Source: Octopus bimaculoides
Lineage: Eukaryota
Direction of reading: 5' to 3'
NCBI RefSeq assembly: GCF_001194135.2
Contig: NC_068997.1
Coordinates: forward strand, 5,616,030 to 5,660,576
DNA length: 44,547 nt
Numbering within the stretch: the first letter of the stretch is position 1; each line of letters begins with the position of its first letter. Under the pieces are notes generated by a model, which had not been told where the DNA came from, did not search any database, and saw only the letters and a program-made list of their open reading frames with translations. A program made the translations under genes and the position numbers. This document shows positions 23,648 through 44,547 of the stretch, piece after piece.

Positions 23648-24909
23648 CAGGGTGCAGTGAATAAATTGTCTAAACTATGCAAAAATGAAAATAACACTGA
23701 CATCTCATTTTAATAGATATATTTACCAAAATTACATAAAAATATCTTGAAATACTAAAGAGTAAATTTATTCAATAAAATTGCCATTGGCTTCAACCAC
23801 AGCCTCCAGACGACTTTGGAATCTCCTGCAACTCTTCTGGATGGTCTCCTTACTTAAGTTGATAAATGCTACCTTAATCCTTGCCTTCAGTTCATTTTTG
23901 GTGTTGCAAGGAGTTTTGTTGGTCTCTCACCCAACTGTGCCCCACACATAATAATCAAGGGGGTTGCAATCTGGGGAGCTAGGTGGCCAGATGTCGCAAA
24001 AATTGTCTGATAGCCATGACTGGGTTCTGCTTGTGTGGCGTGTTACAGAGTACTGTTGCCAGACAGGATCTTTCAGCAGCCACCCTCTTGACCCAGGGCT
24101 GCACTACCTCCTCCAGGCACTTGATGTAGGCCTCCGTATTGAATCTGAGGCCGTGTGGGAAGCTGAATGGGGGCATAATGTTGCCATTAGTAGTGATTAT
24201 TCCAAACACCATGATGTTGATTGGATGTTTTGATTTTTATCACTCTTGGTACAGGGCAAGCCAACGGTTGTTCTATGTCTTCACCATCAGATCCTGGCAG
24301 AAATGTTTCTGAGAAAAACCCAAGCATGTTCAGTTGGAGGGGATGCTTGAGTTTGTTCAAAAACTTTGGGACACGGTCTTTCTCTTGTCCTTGATGGCTT
24401 GGGATAAAAATTGGCCCTTTATCATCTTGTATGAGGATAAATGAATACTGTATGTCTTCATGAACTATCTCCCTGATAAGAAACTCAGACACTCCCATAT
24501 CTGTAGCAATGGACCTGATTGAGTTGGAGGGATCATTGTCAATCATGGCCTGAATCTTACAAACAAATTCAGTTCTTTTCTTATCAGAATGATCAGAGTA
24601 AGTTTTCCGAGCTACTGTACCTTCGTCATCACCATTAAACTCATCAACTCTTTCTGAATCCTCTTCATTGTCCTCAGATTGACACATCAAGCACTCTGAA
24701 ATGTACATATTGGATCTTCTGGTGTGAATGCTAAGCAGTACAGCATGTTATTTCCAAATTTCTGGTAGAGTGAATTGTCATGGTGCTGATTTTCCTCGCA
24801 GATGGTATCCAACTGACCTTACTATACTGTGTAGTTGACAAAATCAAAAACAATGCACATGTGTGAAATTGAAAATCTAAAATTGCGACAATTTACCCAT
24901 CGCACCCTG
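23648..24909 (-). mobile_element. Full-length (1262 bp) defective Tc1/mariner transposon, probably maT/DD37D-like
   Basis: TA|CAGGGTGCAGTGAATAAATTGTC ... GACAATTTACCCATCGCACCCTG|TA. The frameshifted transposase has an HTH region (NDPSNSIRSIATDMGVSEFLIREIVHEDI), MVFGIITTNGNIMPP and VWQQY...WPPSSPDCNPLDYYVWG. The second catalytic D is mutated to Y. Confidence 0.92.
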
Positions 24910-24924
24910 TATATATAGAGGTAG

Positions 24925-25531
24925 AGAAATTAACGTATGTCATCAAGAGTAATGTCTCTTGAACCAACGAAGCAACCAAGTTATGCAATCGTTTGCATCT
25001 TGGTCTTCTCACGCACAGCATATTTCGGTCACAAGTCATTGCCTCGGTGAGGCCTAATGTTCGGAGGTCGTGCTTCGCCACCTCATCCCAGATCTTCCTG
25101 GGCCTGCCTCAACCACTAGGGTGTGGCACTTTTTCACACAGCTATCCTCATCCATTCTCGCCACATGTCCACACCCGTGCAATCGTCTCTCTTGCACTCC
25201 ACAACTGATGCTTCTTAGGTTCAACTTTTCTCTCAAGATACTTACACTCTGTCAGGTATGCACACTGACATTACTCATCCATCAGAGCATACTGGCTTCA
25301 TTCCTTGCGAGCTTACACATGTCCTCAGCAGTCATGGCCCATGTCTCACTGTCATGCAGCATGGCTGTTCGTACACATGCGTCATACAGTCTGCCTTTTA
25401 CTCTGAGAGAGGGACCCTTTGTCACCAGCAGAGGTAAGAGCTCTCTGAACTTTGCCCAGGCTATTCTTATTCTTTCAGCGCACCCTCCCCCACTACTAAC
25501 TTGGTCACCCAGATAGCGGAAGCTATCAACT
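24925..25531 (-). mobile_element. 5'-truncated RTE-clade LINE (end of RT plus 3' end)
   Basis: VDSFRYLGDQ...RIAWAKFRELLPLL...KGRLYDACVRTAMLHDSETW...QERRLHGCGHVARMDEDSCVKK. Confidence 0.9.
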
Positions 25532-26284
25532 AGGGATGAAAGGCAAAGTTAACCTCAGAACATTAAGATAGACAAAATGCTGCTAGGTTCTGCCAGCTTG
25601 TCACCCTGATATATTGAAAACTAGCTAAATTGTACCTCACATATAATACATGTAAGAACAACCTGCAGTAAAAGCAAATGTTACATCAAGATACAACAGA
25701 CACCATTTACAACAGGAATGGGTCCCTATAAGTTCACATTGATGTTGACACCCATCCATGCTTTCATTTCATCATAAAATGATTTACTGTATTGGTCAGT
25801 ACATTGGACATGTTTTTTTTTTTAATCTTTAAATGTATCTAAAAATTGCCCTGCATCTAAAGTAGTTGCATTATGGATAGAAGACCAAGTAACTAAAAAG
25901 CCAGAGGAGCGTATGTCTGTTAAGTACAATAATTGTTACTAATAATAAAATATTGACTTCAACTTTTGGTACAGCAAGTTTGGGGGAGGATTAAGTTGAT
26001 TACATTGACCCCATTGCTCAACTGGTACTTATTTTATTGACCCTGAAGGGATGAAAGGCAAAGTTAACCTCAGAACATTAAGATAGACAAAATGCTGCTA
26101 GGTTCTGCCAGCTTGTCACCCTGACATATTGAAAACTAGCTAAAATATCACATTCTGTTAGAACAAACTTATTACATACAGTAAACTGTATGTAAATTTG
26201 TTTTTGCCACAAAATATCCTTGTAAAATAGGGTGTATCATATATGCCGGCAAATAGGGTAATTAACAATACAAAGTTATGCAAA

Positions 26285-26530
26285 CCAACAAGTTGGTAGA
26301 GTATTTTTGACATAACTGCCTCATTCACATTATTGAAAGCTTTTTATTAGATAATGAAAATTTGGACAAAATTTCTCAAGTTCTCCTCATCTGTATTTAT
26401 CTTGATATAAAAATCGTATCCATTGTTCCTCTACCAGGATGCAAACTACACAGAGATTCAGGAAAGACATCAATTATACAGATGTATATATCAGAACCTT
26501 GCTGAAATCTGACAGCAGAGTAATACATCT
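26285..26530 (-). mobile_element. Old RTE reverse-transcriptase relic
   Basis: DVFPESLCSLHPGRGTMDTIFISR (compare PESQCGFRPGRGTxDMIF) and KAFNNVNEAVMSKILYQL (compare KAFDTVNR). Confidence 0.7.
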
Positions 26531-27248
26531 GGAGTTGGTACATTTTATTCTGATACTATTGCCTTTCTAAAAAAAAAAAAAAAAAAAAAAATCTTGCCAG
26601 TTTTTAGGAACAGCACCATCTCTGTAAACTACATTAATAAACTCATGAAGAGACTTTGCAATATGATTGCCTCCAAAGCACAACACAAAAATAGGAAAAA
26701 ATACTGAACACAAACAATAGGTGGAAAATTTTTATCATTTTTGTTCTCTTTTAATTAATTTAAAATTTTTTCTCGTGTCTTTATATTTCTTTAATATTTT
26801 TTTAATTATTTCTATTAATTTATCTTAATTTAAACTTAAATTATTGTGGAAATGTGTGTATGCAGCAAGAGGTGAGTAGAGAAGGAAAGAGAATGATCGT
26901 CACCACTGCTGCAAATGACACCAAATTTTACAAGTCAGCAAGTATTGGACATTTCCAGAGAAAAACTTTTGTACATATGTCTTTGTGTTGTTCAGAGTTT
27001 TAGAACAAGTATGTGAGCCCTGGATTGTTCTGTAGTTCCACAGACAATAAACAAAATGGGGTGGGGAGAAAATAAAAATAAGAAAAAAACAAACAAAAAA
27101 AAGGAAAGAAGCATAGAGAAAGACAAATTAAGAAAGAAAGAAGACAAAATGAAGACAACAGAAGAAAACCAATTTAGTCTCTTTCTTCAATTTGGACAAA
27201 TAATTTCTGTAGTGTGCAGTCGACAATCATCATCATCATCATCAATCT

Positions 27249-27258
27249 TTTATTTATT
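27249..27258 (-). terminator. Candidate PIK3C3 polyadenylation signal (two overlapping AATAAA)
   Basis: First canonical AATAAA I found downstream of the stop, about 1.17 kb away; followed on the minus strand by a long U/GU-rich tract at about 27060-27170. Confidence 0.5.
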
Positions 27259-27444
27259 AGTCATGGAAGGTAAACAGATAATTCTCAAGAGAAATGAAGA
27301 GGAAAAATATGAAGGAAACAAAAAAGAAAGGACAAAGTCTCCAATAACATCCTTCACCAGGTTTGTATCACAGTTTTTGTGGGGGGAGGGGGTGATCATG
27401 AGAAAGGAAAAAAATAATATCAGGCAGTGTCCATGTTTTTTTAT

Positions 27445-28390
27445 GATATTACTGGTTATCACAAAGTTGTCTGTGTAGAGTAGTATGTGATGTTGATACC
27501 AACATGTTGTACAACTAACATGATATAGTGATATCACTAATTGCACATGTACACACATGTATAATGTTTAGCTTTGATAACACCAGTGGTCTAGATGCAT
27601 ATATGTCTCATAAAATATTGCTTGATATCAACAACTGCATATTTATATATAACATGCTATATTGTTGGAGATCAACAATTGTAAATGTATGTGTGTGTGT
27701 GTGTATATATAACATTATCAATATGAGATATTTTGATATCACCAACTGTTCTGATATATATAACAAGATACATTATTTGCTATCGCTAATTGTTCAGGTG
27801 TAGTATTATTACTGATACCACTTAAATATCTTTGTACAATATGAGTGATATTACACCAAGTGCTCATGCACAAGTTGGTATTCATGTACAATACGATATT
27901 GCTGTTATATAAATGATTTTTGATATCAACACAGATAATGTTGATATTGTTAATACCACTGAGGATTGTGTTTCTAACAGGATATAGGTGAACCTCATCA
28001 TATCCATTTATAAGAATGTCATGTTGGTGTATAAAATATGATATTGTTGAACTAAAACATGTCCAGATATGACATAATAATAATAATGGTATCACCAAGT
28101 ATCCATGATATTGCAGACTATCCTTGTTGATATTACTGGTAGCAATAAGTGTCAGGTCAATATATTAAATATCACATAGTGTTCTCATGTTGCTGCTATT
28201 AATATTACAAGCTGTTTGTGTTGACATCATAAATATCACCACATGGTTTCATGTTGACACTGTCAATGACACCAAATATATTTATATCGATATCACCAAG
28301 TATGTCGTTATTGTTGATAACACTAACTGCTCATGTGATTGTAGATATCATCCCACAGTCCATATCGATATTACAGATATCATCATGTTG
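27445..28390. repeat. Cryptic degenerate repeat rich in GATAT/ATATC within the putative PIK3C3 3' UTR
   Basis: 7 exact GATATC and about 25 GATAT/ATATC in about 950 bp. Confidence 0.75.
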
Positions 28391-28418
28391 CCATTTTAAA
28401 CAAAACAACTGCTCATGC

Positions 28419-44440
<16,022 letters not shown>

Positions 44441-44547
44441 CTAGAAATATAATCAATTAAGAAAAATTGATAGATTTAATTATGAGATCATTCAATTAAA
44501 CAGATTGTAGGGGAAAGACAAAGACAAGTATGTATATATATATATAT

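Noticed and set aside
26438-26537. + strand exon-like segment (ctaccag|GAT GCA AAC...; DANYTEIQERHQLYRCIYQNLAEI*)
   Set aside because: The opposite strand is an RTE reverse-transcriptase relic (PESxCxxxPGRGTMDxIF), which explains the open frames
27056-27478. 140-aa + strand ORF rich in K/E
   Set aside because: Low-complexity purine tract, antisense to the PIK3C3 3' end

Overview
AT-rich eukaryotic genomic DNA with many microsatellites and seven N gaps, most of them abutting microsatellites, which points to a short-read assembly. The repeat landscape resembles octopus/cephalopod genomes; this is an inference. The only firmly identifiable gene is the 3' part of PIK3C3/Vps34 (class III PI3K) on the minus strand. 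It has 12 GT-AG coding exons from 44440 down to the TGA at 28419, giving 419 aa in one consistent frame. One exon is present a second time, truncated, beside a gap. The rest is intron or intergenic sequence full of SINEs and relics of RTE, CR1/L2-like, REL-endonuclease and Penelope-like retroelements, Tc1/mariner elements and MITEs, a Helitron-like element and an LTR-like piece. The left 22 kb has splice-site-flanked candidate exons and a CpG-rich patch, but nothing I can assign to a protein family. I found no clear novel biological system. The best leads are a GATATC-rich cryptic repeat filling the putative PIK3C3 3' UTR, a Leu-to-Pro change in the conserved KxGDDLRQD motif, locally duplicated inverted repeats that could form dsRNA, a decayed minimal hammerhead-like motif, and the duplicated exon (probably an artefact). 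All counts and alignments were done by eye.
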